DNA of 64,000 bases from Nibricoccus sp. (GCA_047602425.1 JASGHG010000001.1:512001-576000), one strand, 5' to 3'. Shown: positions 30,499 through 41,100, counted from the stretch's first letter. Numbers and translations: made by a program. Notes: generated by a model not told the origin, from the sequence alone.

Positions 30499-32327
30499 TG
30501 CATGTCCTTGTTCGTTCGCAGCCACAGACCGAGCGTTAGCAAAATCCAAGTGTTATAATCCCCTCCCCGGCGGTCCGTCTCACTAATACCAGGCAAAAGA
30601 TTCCTCAATGGCGACCCGCGAGAGAATACTTCTTCCGACAGCTCCTGAACATCGGGCATTTTCAACCACTGGCCAATGGGAGAACCAAAGCCTTGCTTCT
30701 TTCTATTCCGCAGTTGTTCGGGCCAATAACGTAAGCATGTTTTTTGGAGCAATATCTTCGTGTTATTATCTTCCACCTTGAGTGAAACGGGAAGTGTGAA
30801 CGCAAATTCAGCGAGATCACGATCAAGGAATGGCGCTCGGATCTCAAGACCATGCGCCATCGCCGCCCGGTCGACCTTGACCAAAATGTCACCAGGCAAA
30901 TAGGAGGTTAGATCGAAGTAGAAGCCGTCGTTCGCGATGTTTCCCGGTTGTGAAGGCTTATGATATTCTCCCGGGAAATAGGCAGCCACTTCACCGCTCC
31001 GGTCCCCCCAAAGAGTCTTCCGCTGACCATTGCCAAAATGAACATGTTGCATTACCTGCCGCGTCCACATATCAGGCCAGCGCGCGGCCAAACCAAAGCC
31101 GGATGAAGTGAGTGCCAGCGATCTCCAGCGATGCCGCAACAGCTTGCTTAGCGATCGAAGAAACACCCAAAGAACAGCCGACTTCGGCACTTCTCCGGAC
31201 TTCACGAGAGCGGGATACCACGAATATCCGCCAAATAACTCGTCTCCGCCGTCACCGGAGAGCACAACTTTTACCTGCTTCCTGGCAAACTCCGAGATGA
31301 GATAGGTCGGGATGTTCGATGTATCAGCAAAAGGTTCGTCATATACTTGGGCCATTCGCTTGAGCATCCGTGCGACGTCAGGGGTTCCGAGATCGATTGC
31401 GTGATGCTCCGTGCCGTATTTCTCTGCCACCGCTTTCGCACAGGGCAGTTCATTAATATAATGTCCGAAGCCGACAGAAAAAGTCTTCACCCGCCGTTCT
31501 CCGTTTTGCTGCATCAAAGCCACAACGGTACTCGAATCCAGTCCGCCGCTAAGAAACGCTCCAATCGGAACATCCGCTACCATTTGCCGCTTCACGGCTT
31601 GGCGTAGTAGATGATCGAGACGATCCTTCGCATCATCCAATGACAACTGCCGCGGCTGGAGCAGCGGTCGCCAATAACGCGTTACCTCAAATGCTTCTTT
31701 TTGCCAGGTCAGATAATGGCCAGGCGGGAGAGTGTGCACATTTCTAAAAACTGTCCGGTCCGGAGGGATATAGCCCAAGGCCAGATAGGCATCCACCGCA
31801 CTGAGATCAATTCGCTTTTCGATCAGACCGGAGGCAAAAATGGCTTTTAATTCCGACGCAACCACGAGAGCCCCGCCGCGACTGACCGCATAATATAACG
31901 GCTTTTCACCAAAGATATCACGAGCCGCGAAGAGACTGCGAGTTTGCTGGTCCCAAAGGGAGAAGGCAAACATCCCGCGCATTCGATCAACACACGGCGC
32001 GCCCCACTGGAAGTAGGCAGCGAGAATCACCTCCGTGTCGGAAGTGCTCTTGAACTGGTGTCCCATCAGCTCCAACTCCGAGCGCAGCTCCCGGTAATTA
32101 TATATTTCCCCGTTAAAGGTGATCCAATAGCGCCCATCGGCGTACGACATTGGCTGCGCTCCAGTGGCGAGGTCAATCACACTCAGCCGCGCATGGCCCA
32201 ATGCGCACTCCTTGAGAATGATCGTACCGTGTGCATCAGGGCCACGATGCCGAATCGAATCCAGCATCGCCCCGAGGGCTTCCTCGTGCCTACCTTTGCG
32301 GTCAACAATCGCTGCAATTCCACACAT
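30492..32327 (-). CDS. asnB: Asparagine synthase-like amidotransferase, copy 2
   Basis: MCGI, HRGPD, FNGEIYN, LSGGLDSS, SGDGGDELFGGY, KVDRAAM. Confidence 0.93.
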   Translation of the reverse strand: MCGIAAIVDRKGRHEEALGAMLDSIRHRGPDAHGTIILKECALGHARLSVIDLATGAQPMSYADGRYWITFNGEIYNYRELRSELELMGHQFKSTSDTEVILAAYFQWGAPCVDRMRGMFAFSLWDQQTRSLFAARDIFGEKPLYYAVSRGGALVVASELKAIFASGLIEKRIDLSAVDAYLALGYIPPDRTVFRNVHTLPPGHYLTWQKEAFEVTRYWRPLLQPRQLSLDDAKDRLDHLLRQAVKRQMVADVPIGAFLSGGLDSSTVVALMQQNGERRVKTFSVGFGHYINELPCAKAVAEKYGTEHHAIDLGTPDVARMLKRMAQVYDEPFADTSNIPTYLISEFARKQVKVVLSGDGGDELFGGYSWYPALVKSGEVPKSAVLWVFLRSLSKLLRHRWRSLALTSSGFGLAARWPDMWTRQVMQHVHFGNGQRKTLWGDRSGEVAAYFPGEYHKPSQPGNIANDGFYFDLTSYLPGDILVKVDRAAMAHGLEIRAPFLDRDLAEFAFTLPVSLKVEDNNTKILLQKTCLRYWPEQLRNRKKQGFGSPIGQWLKMPDVQELSEEVFSRGSPLRNLLPGISETDRRGGDYNTWILLTLGLWLRTNKDMQW

Positions 32328-32456
32328 CGTCGGCGAACTTAAGCTAGTTTCTGGTCTGACCTCACAGCGAGATTCCCCTCTCCTCCGGGCTCCAATTGTC
32401 TTTCATTAAGAATATGGCCCGCGATCATTTCGCAGGTGTAGATTTCATCATACCTC

Positions 32457-33560
32457 TCATGAATGACATTGCACAGGACTGTCTGCCTTTTTCGCCACTA
32501 CATTGCCCTCTCGACTGTAAACCAACTCCATCCCCCCGGCATCCTTGAAGTACTGGTCAAACTCCTCAGGGGTGATGAAACGTTGGTAGGCATGATTGCC
32601 GTAATAATCGAAGGTGTTTGTCCAAGTTGTTTTAAAGTCGGGCATGAGATCGTAATACAAAACGGTGCCGGATTTTCTCAGGAAGTAACCAAGTACCGGA
32701 ACATAATTCATTGCGCCAAAAACCCCGGTCACAAACAGCAGCTTGAATCGCTCCATGCCGCTAAGCCTACTGCGCAAATATTCGTAATAGCTCGCTGTTA
32801 GCCTGCGTTTCATTCTCGCCAGCCAGGACTTAATCGGTTGGCGGATGTAGTGAGCCGCCATGATTTGCCCGCCTTGTTTTAGCACCCTGCAGAGTTCCCT
32901 GACCGTCTTCACCGAATCCTGCGTGTGCTGTATGACGCCCTCACAGTATACCATGTCAAACTGCTCGGATTGGAACGGCAATCTCATGATATCCGCCTGG
33001 ATTCCCACCCAGTTTGTATTTGATCTTAATTTTCGTGCAACGACTTCAATCGCCTCAGACAAATCAACGGAAACTACCGACGCTCCCAACGAAAGCATAT
33101 ATCTCGATTGATCCCCAGCGCCAGCACCGGCATCAATTACCACGCGATTGGCAAATACGGCCGGGTCCAGCCCAAACTTGTTCACGACCCGCATGCGCAA
33201 ATCCCCCTGGGTTCTCATCGCGCTATTCCAGGTCCACTGCCACCCAAAACTATCGACCGTCATGCTCTGCTGGAACGCGGCATCGCAACCAGAAACTGCT
33301 GGTGGCCTCAAGTTGTAAATTGCAAGCCAATCACGGTACTTCAACGCCAGCTCCGGTGTCAGGCGAACGATACAATCCACAATGGGATACCCTGTATCTG
33401 TTCCCTTGATGCGCATGGCACCGCTGACCGGAACGCCGCCGGGAGTGCGGGCAGACACGATAGGCTCCAACGGAACTCCGCTGAGAGGATCGCGCCATGA
33501 TATCGTATCGAATAAGCCGCGCTTGTTATCGAATATTACACTGGGGTTTGAGTCGGACAT
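32457..33560 (-). CDS. Class I SAM-dependent methyltransferase with Trm112-like N-terminus
   Basis: YPIVDCIVRL, SFGWQW, IDAGAGAG, FDMVYCEGVIQHT. Confidence 0.85.
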   Translation of the reverse strand: MSDSNPSVIFDNKRGLFDTISWRDPLSGVPLEPIVSARTPGGVPVSGAMRIKGTDTGYPIVDCIVRLTPELALKYRDWLAIYNLRPPAVSGCDAAFQQSMTVDSFGWQWTWNSAMRTQGDLRMRVVNKFGLDPAVFANRVVIDAGAGAGDQSRYMLSLGASVVSVDLSEAIEVVARKLRSNTNWVGIQADIMRLPFQSEQFDMVYCEGVIQHTQDSVKTVRELCRVLKQGGQIMAAHYIRQPIKSWLARMKRRLTASYYEYLRSRLSGMERFKLLFVTGVFGAMNYVPVLGYFLRKSGTVLYYDLMPDFKTTWTNTFDYYGNHAYQRFITPEEFDQYFKDAGGMELVYSREGNVVAKKADSPVQCHS

Positions 33561-33688
33561 AAGAAATGAAAAAATCTTTTCGTCGGTGATAGCCGAGGTT
33601 CATCGTTACGTGGCGGAGAGCCCTTCCAACTATTGAACATTTCCCCTCGCATGCAGTAATGCAGCTCCAGTATTTGCATCATCACACA

Positions 33689-34591
33689 CTAAACAGCCAT
33701 CCAATCTTTCGGCAAGACGCCGGAGGAATCCAGTCCCTCGACATTAACCCAGTTTTTTGGCGCCACGACCAGTTTATCTGGTTGATTAGACAACCACGCT
33801 GCCCACCAACCAAAGGTGCTGTTAGGAATGACGAAGTATCGGCATTGTCGCATGAGGTGAAGATAGGCGGAAAACCCGGGTCCTGCGTAATCGTGACCAA
33901 CGAAAACATGCGGGACCTCGAACCGGAGATTTTGCTCGCACCATTCAATTTCATCCGAAAACACATAAATTTTCTGCACTTGTCGCCGTGAGGTAACATA
34001 CTCGAGGGCGCGCGAAATGTAGTCTGTGCCCACCACACCGTGGGTGGAGTTAGTTACGAAATCTCCGCGTCGAACATTGATACATACAGAATGACACCCC
34101 GCTATTTCGGACGCTAGAGCTGATATCCTGTCATCAAAAGAAATCTTAAAAGAAAAGTCAGCCTGGATCTGAGCAGCGATGGCCTCGAAATACTTGGGAT
34201 TTTGCCAGTACCCATTGAGATAAGTGTTTTGCCCGGCCTGAAGCACTCTGTCTTCAAAAGCAAAATAGCGCCCCTCATTTAGAATCACGTATTTGTCCCA
34301 CAACGAATAGAGATTAAGCGTCCTCTTAGCGAAGAGCCTGAGCCGGTGACTACGCTTGGCACTATAGGTTGGAAGCGTCGGGTCGAGTTCGCGATCAAGC
34401 GATCTCGCAACAATATTGAACATTTGTAATGCGTATTCCCGCTTTACGAACTGGGGTTCGTCTTTGGGAACATATTCAAAATAAGTCGTATCGAGAACAA
34501 GCTCGGTGCTATTTCGGATGGCGAGATGCCTACCCAAAGCATATTGGAACATTTGATTCCCAAGACCACCCTGTAGTCGCATACAGATCAT
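33689..34591 (-). CDS. Alpha-1,2-fucosyltransferase family (GT11)
   Basis: GGLGNQMFQYA, GYWQ, NVRRGDF, FSDEIEW, NSTFGWWAAWL. Confidence 0.92.
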   Translation of the reverse strand: MICMRLQGGLGNQMFQYALGRHLAIRNSTELVLDTTYFEYVPKDEPQFVKREYALQMFNIVARSLDRELDPTLPTYSAKRSHRLRLFAKRTLNLYSLWDKYVILNEGRYFAFEDRVLQAGQNTYLNGYWQNPKYFEAIAAQIQADFSFKISFDDRISALASEIAGCHSVCINVRRGDFVTNSTHGVVGTDYISRALEYVTSRRQVQKIYVFSDEIEWCEQNLRFEVPHVFVGHDYAGPGFSAYLHLMRQCRYFVIPNSTFGWWAAWLSNQPDKLVVAPKNWVNVEGLDSSGVLPKDWMAV

Positions 34592-34819
34592 TGAAATATT
34601 GTCATATGTCGAGAATATGCATGATTCCAGTAGGCCGCCAACTCTCGCAAAACGAAACCAACGCACTTACATATCGCGGACGGTAAAAGACGACTGAAAC
34701 CACGTTACAGATATTGGAGGCTGATCGATGATCAATGCTTTCAACGCATCGCGCTACGATCGACGTATGCTCGATTTGTTTGTCGGTCGCACTGGATTCA
34801 TATTAGCTAGAGGAGACAA

Positions 34820-35491
34820 CTAGACCCGTAAGGTCCAACTATCCCACAGAAATTTGTAATGGTATACCGATTTGTGGGTTCTCGATAATTGCTCGCCAAT
34901 TTTTTCCATCCGAGTTTCTGAATCGCTGCTCAAGTCGTGAAATTGCACCTGGATGTTACGAATCATGTTAATTTTTCGGCTAGAAATCAACCGCTCCAAC
35001 AATTCATACTCACCGCCTTCGATATTTATTTTAATCAAGTCAATAAAAGCGATATTTTCGTCATTCAGCCACTCAACGACGTCCACAATTCTAATGGATT
35101 CAAACGAATCTGATTTTCGGAAAATGGAGCTACCGTCCGCGGCTATTGCGATTCGCTCATCACGTGTTTTTCCTCCTAACCCACACCGAACTATCTTTAT
35201 GTCCAAATTTCGTCTAAAGCGCTTCTCTATATAATTTGCAAAAGCGTTTACTGGCTCGAAAACGACAATTTTGCAACGATACATCGAATATAGATCGCTG
35301 GCCCATTGACCACGATAGCCACCAAGATCTAAAACGTATGCGTTTTCACTCAGCTCGTAATTAAACCGAAGCTGGTCGTCGCCACCATCCTTTTTCCAAC
35401 GTTCGACAGTACGGTCAAACTTCGTGGGAAGGACACGTTTCCTTATTTCTCTAAGGACAATGCTAATAATATTTATATAACGCATTCTCAT
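34820..35491 (-). CDS. FkbM family methyltransferase
   Basis: LDLGGYRG, FEPV, IDLIKINIEGGEY, QVQFH. Confidence 0.9.
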   Translation of the reverse strand: MRMRYINIISIVLREIRKRVLPTKFDRTVERWKKDGGDDQLRFNYELSENAYVLDLGGYRGQWASDLYSMYRCKIVVFEPVNAFANYIEKRFRRNLDIKIVRCGLGGKTRDERIAIAADGSSIFRKSDSFESIRIVDVVEWLNDENIAFIDLIKINIEGGEYELLERLISSRKINMIRNIQVQFHDLSSDSETRMEKIGEQLSRTHKSVYHYKFLWDSWTLRV

Positions 35492-35733
35492 TAATTAAAT
35501 CTATTTTTGCGGTCGATGAATTGCGAGGTTTGAGTCTCAGGCATCAATATGACCGGAAATCGGGAGACTACGCGGTTTGTTTTATTCGGCGCTACTATGA
35601 CGACATTATCAAATAATATACAGTCACAATTGAACTTTTTATTTAAAATATACTGACGAAGTTCGGCTATTTTCGGGTAGCCTCCTGTTCTGGTGAGGTC
35701 AGACGCATCATCGATTAGCAGAACGTACTTCAT
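35491..35733 (-). pseudogene. Short ORF, probably a C-terminal remnant of a longer protein
   Basis: Starts at VLLIDDASDL..GGYP, which looks like the late strand of a methyltransferase-like fold; only 80 aa. Confidence 0.4.
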
Positions 35734-35812
35734 AACGGAGGAGGATAGGTTTTGCCTGCTTCGAATGATATAGTTGACAACTAATATAGCGACGAGCTTT
35801 AGCGTCCTAACT

Positions 35813-37298
35813 TTAGGACCAAGAGCTGATTAAAGTACGCACATGTGGCAATGTACCTCCAGTTGCGATAAGAGCGATTGCTCCGACCAGTACGAGCCAG
35901 CTCGCAACAACCAGTTGTGAAGACGAGGCGGAAGGACTCACGACGAAGCCGCAGATACAAATCGTAAAAGCCGTGACCGCTGGCACGGCAACATCCCGCC
36001 AATACCATGCATCCCGATCCTCCACGAAATACCGCCGAAAATAAGCCGGCACCATAAAAACTATGTATGTACTGTTTAGCACGATCCACGCGACCGCTGC
36101 ACCAACACCTTGATATTTGTAGGTAAGCCCAATTATAAGAGGCACCACAATGATTGCTTGTACCGCGTTTGTATAAGTAATTAATTGAGGCCAGCCGAAA
36201 GCCGATGCGCTATAACCTGGAACAGAAGCCATTCCGTTAATCATGGTGCCGCATACCAGCAAACTAACAATCAGATGACAATGCTGGACAATGGCAGGAT
36301 CGTGAAGCCAAAGGGACAATATTTCTTTGGAAAAAACTATAATCAGCGCACACGCCGGAAATAGAAACAAAGACAAGAGCTGCGATGTACGGTGGAAAAA
36401 CAGACGTAGCTCTTCGGGTTGCGATAGTTCATGGAGTTGCACGAACCGGGGAAAGATTGCGCTGTTAAATGGCAATATGATCATCCAAATGGTAGATCCA
36501 ACCGTACCGGCCAGCGTATAGTAGCCAAACATTTCCAACGACAGCATTCGGCTCAAAATAACCTTATCTAGCTGATTAAGTATAATTCCGATGATGGCAT
36601 TAGCAGAAACGGCGGCTGCATACTTCCAAACCCCGCGAAATACCGCTATGTCAAATCGAGCCGCCTGACCTTGCGCGGGTAGGCTGCGCCAAGTTGCGAC
36701 CAGGAAAATCCCGCTGCCGACTACCCCAGATACAATCTGCCAACCGAGAAATGTCTCAATGGTCGGGGCAACAAGCCACAGCACCACAATAGCTCCCGCA
36801 CCGCGCAAAGTCCCGACGACTATCAGAATTGCATTGACCAGGACTTGACGCTGCAAAGTCCATCAACCCTCCCTGATAAAACGAAATTGGAAACTGCAGC
36901 GCAACTGAGATTCCCATTAACCGGATTGCTTGTAGCACCGAGTGCCCCCCTAGGTTCTGGGCCTTTATCCAATGGTTGCTGATATACGGAGCGAGAATCA
37001 CAACCAACGCTCCGGCAAAAACGGCAATTCCCCAATAAACTACCTCCAGTGTCCTGACCAGATTCCTTTGCTCACCTCCCGAATCGCCATTTACCGAAAG
37101 ACGTGCCAGTTCTCGGTTCATGGTCGCGCCAATCCCAAAATCCAAGACTCCAAGGACGCTGCTCAAGCCCATATAGAAACCAATTAAACCGTAGGCTTCG
37201 ATACCAATGAAGTGCAGGTAAGCCGGAACACACACAAGACTGAGGCCAGCTCCCCAGATCCGACCAATATAATTGGCGATTAGATTACGTCCGAGCAT
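35813..37298 (-). pseudogene. wzx: Oligosaccharide flippase (Wzx) split by a frameshift near 36857-36860
   Basis: N-half ends ...YQGGLM in one frame and C-half continues LQRQV in another; DFGIG..MNRELAR, QLDKVILS, FGYYTLA motifs. Confidence 0.85.
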
Positions 37299-37364
37299 AG
37301 CTTAATTTTTTCACGCCTATGTGCCCAAACTACCTTAGTGATATAGGTGTCACGATCTATCTAG

Positions 37365-38444
37365 TCAAAGTTGAATGTCTTTCAACCAGGACCGATTATC
37401 ACAATGCCAATCAACAGTGCGTTGGAACCCGTCGGCTGCGATTATTTCCGGAGACCACCCTAACAGTCGCTTGGCTTTACTGATGTCCGCCCATGTTTCC
37501 TTAATATCTGCTATATGAAATGGCTTACCATCAATCATAGCCTTTTTCTTCAATGAATTCTCAATAAATTGGATCACTGCCTGAAGCGTGATCGGATTAC
37601 GGCCACCCCCAAGATTAATTATTTCATAACCCAGCGGTCTCGCGGCCAAGATTGTTCCTTTGGCAATATCATCAACAAAAGTGAAATCGCGTGATTGCAA
37701 ACCGTCTCCAAATAGCTCCAGCCTTACGCCTTCATCAATCCATTTTATAAAACGAAAAATACTCATATCCGGCCTTCCTGCCGGGCCAAATACAGTGAAA
37801 TATCGCACCACCGAAATATCGAGCCCGTATAGTTTGTGATAACTATAAGCCATAAGCTCGGCTGCTTTTTTGGCTGCAGCATAAGGCGAAAGCGGCGTAT
37901 TGACCGACAAGTCTTCTGTAAACGGCATTTTACAACCTGCGTACAAAGATGAGGTCGAAGCCAAGACCTGCTTCTTGACCGAGTATTTCCGTTGGCATTC
38001 GAGCAGATTAAGAGTGCCTTCCGTATTGGTGGACAAAAACACATACGGGTTCTCCATGCTCGCCCGCACTCCGGCTCGGGCTGCGAGATTGAAAATAGCA
38101 TCAAAGTGAAACTCTTGAAATAGAAATTCCAGCGCCTCCAGATTCTCGATATCTATATACCTAAACGTGAATTTATCATGAGAGAAGCCCCCTCCTTTTG
38201 CGAAGAAAGAATGTTTGGAGCCACAGCTTGCTTTCCAATGCTCGTTGTCAAGAAGCCGGCCTAGACGATAGTCTTTCAGCCGTACATCATAGTAGTCGTT
38301 AAGGTTGTCGATTCCAACGACAGTGTGCCCAGCCGCCAAAAGGAGCTCGCACACGCGAGATGCAATAAATCCAGCAGCTCCTGTCACAAGGTATGTGCGA
38401 GGTATCTCCGATGAAATTGTAGCTATATTGTTTTTATTATTCAC
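37365..38444 (-). CDS. UDP-glucuronate 4-epimerase-like SDR
   Basis: VTGAAGFIA, DNLNDYYDVRLK, NLAARAGVR, YAAAKK, FTVFGPAGRPDM. Confidence 0.9.
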   Translation of the reverse strand: MNNKNNIATISSEIPRTYLVTGAAGFIASRVCELLLAAGHTVVGIDNLNDYYDVRLKDYRLGRLLDNEHWKASCGSKHSFFAKGGGFSHDKFTFRYIDIENLEALEFLFQEFHFDAIFNLAARAGVRASMENPYVFLSTNTEGTLNLLECQRKYSVKKQVLASTSSLYAGCKMPFTEDLSVNTPLSPYAAAKKAAELMAYSYHKLYGLDISVVRYFTVFGPAGRPDMSIFRFIKWIDEGVRLELFGDGLQSRDFTFVDDIAKGTILAARPLGYEIINLGGGRNPITLQAVIQFIENSLKKKAMIDGKPFHIADIKETWADISKAKRLLGWSPEIIAADGFQRTVDWHCDNRSWLKDIQL

Positions 38445-38545
38445 GATTATATAAATTCCAGAGGGCGACCGTTACTCACAATACTAAGAAGATTGATCGA
38501 TGGCCGTATCGGTGTGCAGGTTTAGAATCACTTTAAAAAAGGCAT

Positions 38546-39610
38546 TTATGCACAGTGCGTACGTCTCGCCCATGCTTCGACGATCTGTCGGATGGTTTCC
38601 TCGAGGGACTGAGTGATGTCCCACGACGGGTAGTGGGCGCGCATTTTGCGGAGATCCGAGTAGTAGCAAATGTGGTCGCCGATGCGGTTTTGATCGACGT
38701 AGTTGAAGATTTGCGGCTTGTCGGTGAACTTTTCGGTGATTTTGAACGCTTCGAGGATCGAGGTGCTGTTGGCTTTGCCGCCGCCGAGATTGTAGACCTC
38801 AGCCACGCGCGGGGCGTTGACGAACGCGGTCATGAACCGGGCGACGTCGAGCGAATGGATGTTATCGCGCACCTGCTTGCCCTTATATCCAAAAATCTTG
38901 TACTCGCGGCCTTCGAGATTGCACTTAACGAGGTAGCTGAGGAAACCGTGGAGTTCGACGCCGGAGTGATTTGGGCCAGTGAGACAGCCGCCACGCAAAC
39001 AGCAGGTCGGCATGTTGAAATAGCGACCGTATTCCTGGACCATCACATCAGCGGCGACTTTCGAGGCGCCGAAAAGCGAGTGTTTGGATTGGTCGATGGT
39101 GAAGGTTTCGGCGATGCCGTTTTCGTAGCCCGGATCGGCGTAATCCCAACGGGAAGGAAGTTCCTTGAGCGTGATGGAATTGGGCGCGTCGCCGTAGACC
39201 TTGTTGGTCGACATGTTCACGAAGGGCGAATCGGGGCAGGCCTGACGGGCGGCTTCGAGGAGATTGAGCGTACCAACAGCGTTGGTGTCGAAATCGTCGA
39301 AGGGAATAGCCGCGGCGCGGTCGTGCGAAGGCTGGGCGGCAGTGTGGACGATTGCGGCAGGCTTGAGCTGTTTGACCAGTGCGAGGACGCCAGCGCGGTC
39401 GCGGATGTCGAGTTCGTGATGCTGGAAACCGGGAAGCTCCTTGGCGAGGCGTTGTTGATTCCAGCGGGTGTCGCCTTGCGGTCCAAAAAAGACTGCGCGC
39501 TGATTATTGTCCACGCCGTGAACAGTGTAGCCGAGTTCGCGTGCAAAATACACGCAGACCTCGGACCCGATTAGGCCGGATGAACCAGTGACGAGCAGGG
39601 TTTTTGACAT
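38546..39610 (-). CDS. NAD-dependent epimerase (CDP-paratose 2-epimerase / RfbE-like)
   Basis: [39 protein letters not shown]. Confidence 0.9.
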   Translation of the reverse strand: MSKTLLVTGSSGLIGSEVCVYFARELGYTVHGVDNNQRAVFFGPQGDTRWNQQRLAKELPGFQHHELDIRDRAGVLALVKQLKPAAIVHTAAQPSHDRAAAIPFDDFDTNAVGTLNLLEAARQACPDSPFVNMSTNKVYGDAPNSITLKELPSRWDYADPGYENGIAETFTIDQSKHSLFGASKVAADVMVQEYGRYFNMPTCCLRGGCLTGPNHSGVELHGFLSYLVKCNLEGREYKIFGYKGKQVRDNIHSLDVARFMTAFVNAPRVAEVYNLGGGKANSTSILEAFKITEKFTDKPQIFNYVDQNRIGDHICYYSDLRKMRAHYPSWDITQSLEETIRQIVEAWARRTHCA

Positions 39611-39697
39611 AAGAGCCAGAGAGATAGTGTTAAAGCTTCGCCCCGTCGCGTCGGGTGGGCGCAACCGGGCAATTTGTTTTCAAACTAACTGACTCGA

Positions 39698-40216
39698 TCA
39701 CTTCGTTTTTTTCTTCGGACCGAGCAGAGCAGTGAGCAGTGGCATCACGGTCGTAAACCGTTTGCGCCAAGTCTCGAGTTGCTTGGCTCTTCCCAAATAA
39801 AATTTTGAGTTCGCGGGCGATTGCTCCGCGAGGTCTTTTAGGCGCTTCAAGCGGTCCACGCCGGTGCTGGCCATTGGCGCGATGCGCTCACGTAGGACGC
39901 CGGTCACGAGCTGGCGGAGGCTGAGTTCGGGCTCGTATGCAACGCCACGCGTTGCGCCATCAGTCTGGTGAGCTTCGACGATCGCGCCGAGGGCGCGGAG
40001 GAGTTGCAGGCCTTGGCTGGTGGAGCCTTTGCTGATCTCCAAGCGCTCCATGATTTCTGTGAAGCCCAAGGGCTCAGGCGAAGCGTAGAGGAGGTCGTAG
40101 ATCTGGCCGACGGATTTTGGGACTCCGAATAGCTGCACGATTTCAGCAAAAAACGATACGCACTCGTGTTCGAAAGTGCTGGATATCGCTGTTGTTGCTG
40201 GAGTTGGAGTCGCCAC
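39698..40216 (-). CDS. GbsR/MarR-family transcriptional regulator
   Basis: FGVPKSVGQIY.LLY.S.EPL, ERLEISKGSTSQGLQLL winged HTH. Confidence 0.85.
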   Translation of the reverse strand: MATPTPATTAISSTFEHECVSFFAEIVQLFGVPKSVGQIYDLLYASPEPLGFTEIMERLEISKGSTSQGLQLLRALGAIVEAHQTDGATRGVAYEPELSLRQLVTGVLRERIAPMASTGVDRLKRLKDLAEQSPANSKFYLGRAKQLETWRKRFTTVMPLLTALLGPKKKTK

Positions 40217-40237
40217 GATCGCCTAGGGAAGCGAGGA

Positions 40238-40277
40238 GTTCACACAGAAATGAACCTCAGTTCAAGGAAAAATGAAC
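40238..40277. promoter_or_regulatory. Tandem palindromic operator, 2x GTTCA-N8-TGAAC
   Basis: GTTCA cacagaaa TGAAC ctca GTTCA aggaaaaa TGAAC, 22-bp period, about 20 bp upstream of the regulator start. Confidence 0.7.
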
Positions 40278-40351
40278 CTGGAACACTAAATGATGAGTTG
40301 AATATGGAACTCAGGAACGGCTGGACGGATTGCGGAGAAACATAGAAAGGA

Positions 40352-40385
40352 TTTTAACCACTGATGCACACTGATCGACACTGAT
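40352..40385 (+). repeat. 10-bp periodic repeat arm
   Basis: TTTTAAC CACTGAT gca CACTGAT cga CACTGAT. Confidence 0.75.
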
Positions 40386-40569
40386 GATGGATGTACTTTG
40401 CCTATACTGTTCTTCCGGTCATCCTGCGACGATCCTCCAGTGAGGTCCTGACTCAGGGCTTGTCATTCGCCGCAATATCTAAAGGTTCGCTGGCTCACGG
40501 TCACAGGACGAGCGGAGGCTGAGTATAGTCAATACGAGGGCAATGAGGAGGTCCCGGCCTTTGATATCC

Positions 40570-41100
40570 ATGGCAATCGCAACTCTCAATCCTTCCTATC
40601 CGCGCCTACGCGGCAAAGTCGGCGGTCTCGTCTTCAAGCACTACCGCGACAAAGTGGTCGTCACCCGCGCCCCTATGTTTTCAGGCAAGTGGTCGGCAAA
40701 CCAACGCACTGGACGCAACCGTTTCGCTCAAGCTTCAGCCTATGCGCGCATGGTGCAGGTCGATCCGTTGCTCCGCGAGAAATATTCTACAATCGCCGCG
40801 CAACGCGGCCTAACCATTCGCTCAGCTGCCATTTCAGCTTATTTGAAAGGTGAAGCCTCCAAAATCGAAGTATCCCGGCAACCTCACCCATGCCTGAAAC
40901 GCAAGTGCCCCAAGCTGCGGAAAAACGCCTCTCCTCTGCCAGCAATCCCAAGCCGTCATCAAGCATTGAAAACCAGCTCAGCTTTGATCCGCCGCAGGAC
41001 CAATAATGGTCGCAAGCCAAGGCGTTTATCGTATGCACAGAGTCGTTTCATAAACTCCAGGTGGCTCCTTCAGTCTCACCGATCCTGGGAGCCTGGCTGA
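40570..41100 (+). CDS. Basic hypothetical protein with a GKVGGLVF motif (DUF6266-like N-terminus)
   Basis: LRGKVGGLVF..Y....VV.RAP...S.NQ...R.RF..A..YA pattern; the C-terminal half is not recognisable. Confidence 0.65.
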   Translation: MAIATLNPSYPRLRGKVGGLVFKHYRDKVVVTRAPMFSGKWSANQRTGRNRFAQASAYARMVQVDPLLREKYSTIAAQRGLTIRSAAISAYLKGEASKIEVSRQPHPCLKRKCPKLRKNASPLPAIPSRHQALKTSSALIRRRTNNGRKPRRLSYAQSRFINSRWLLQSHRSWEPG

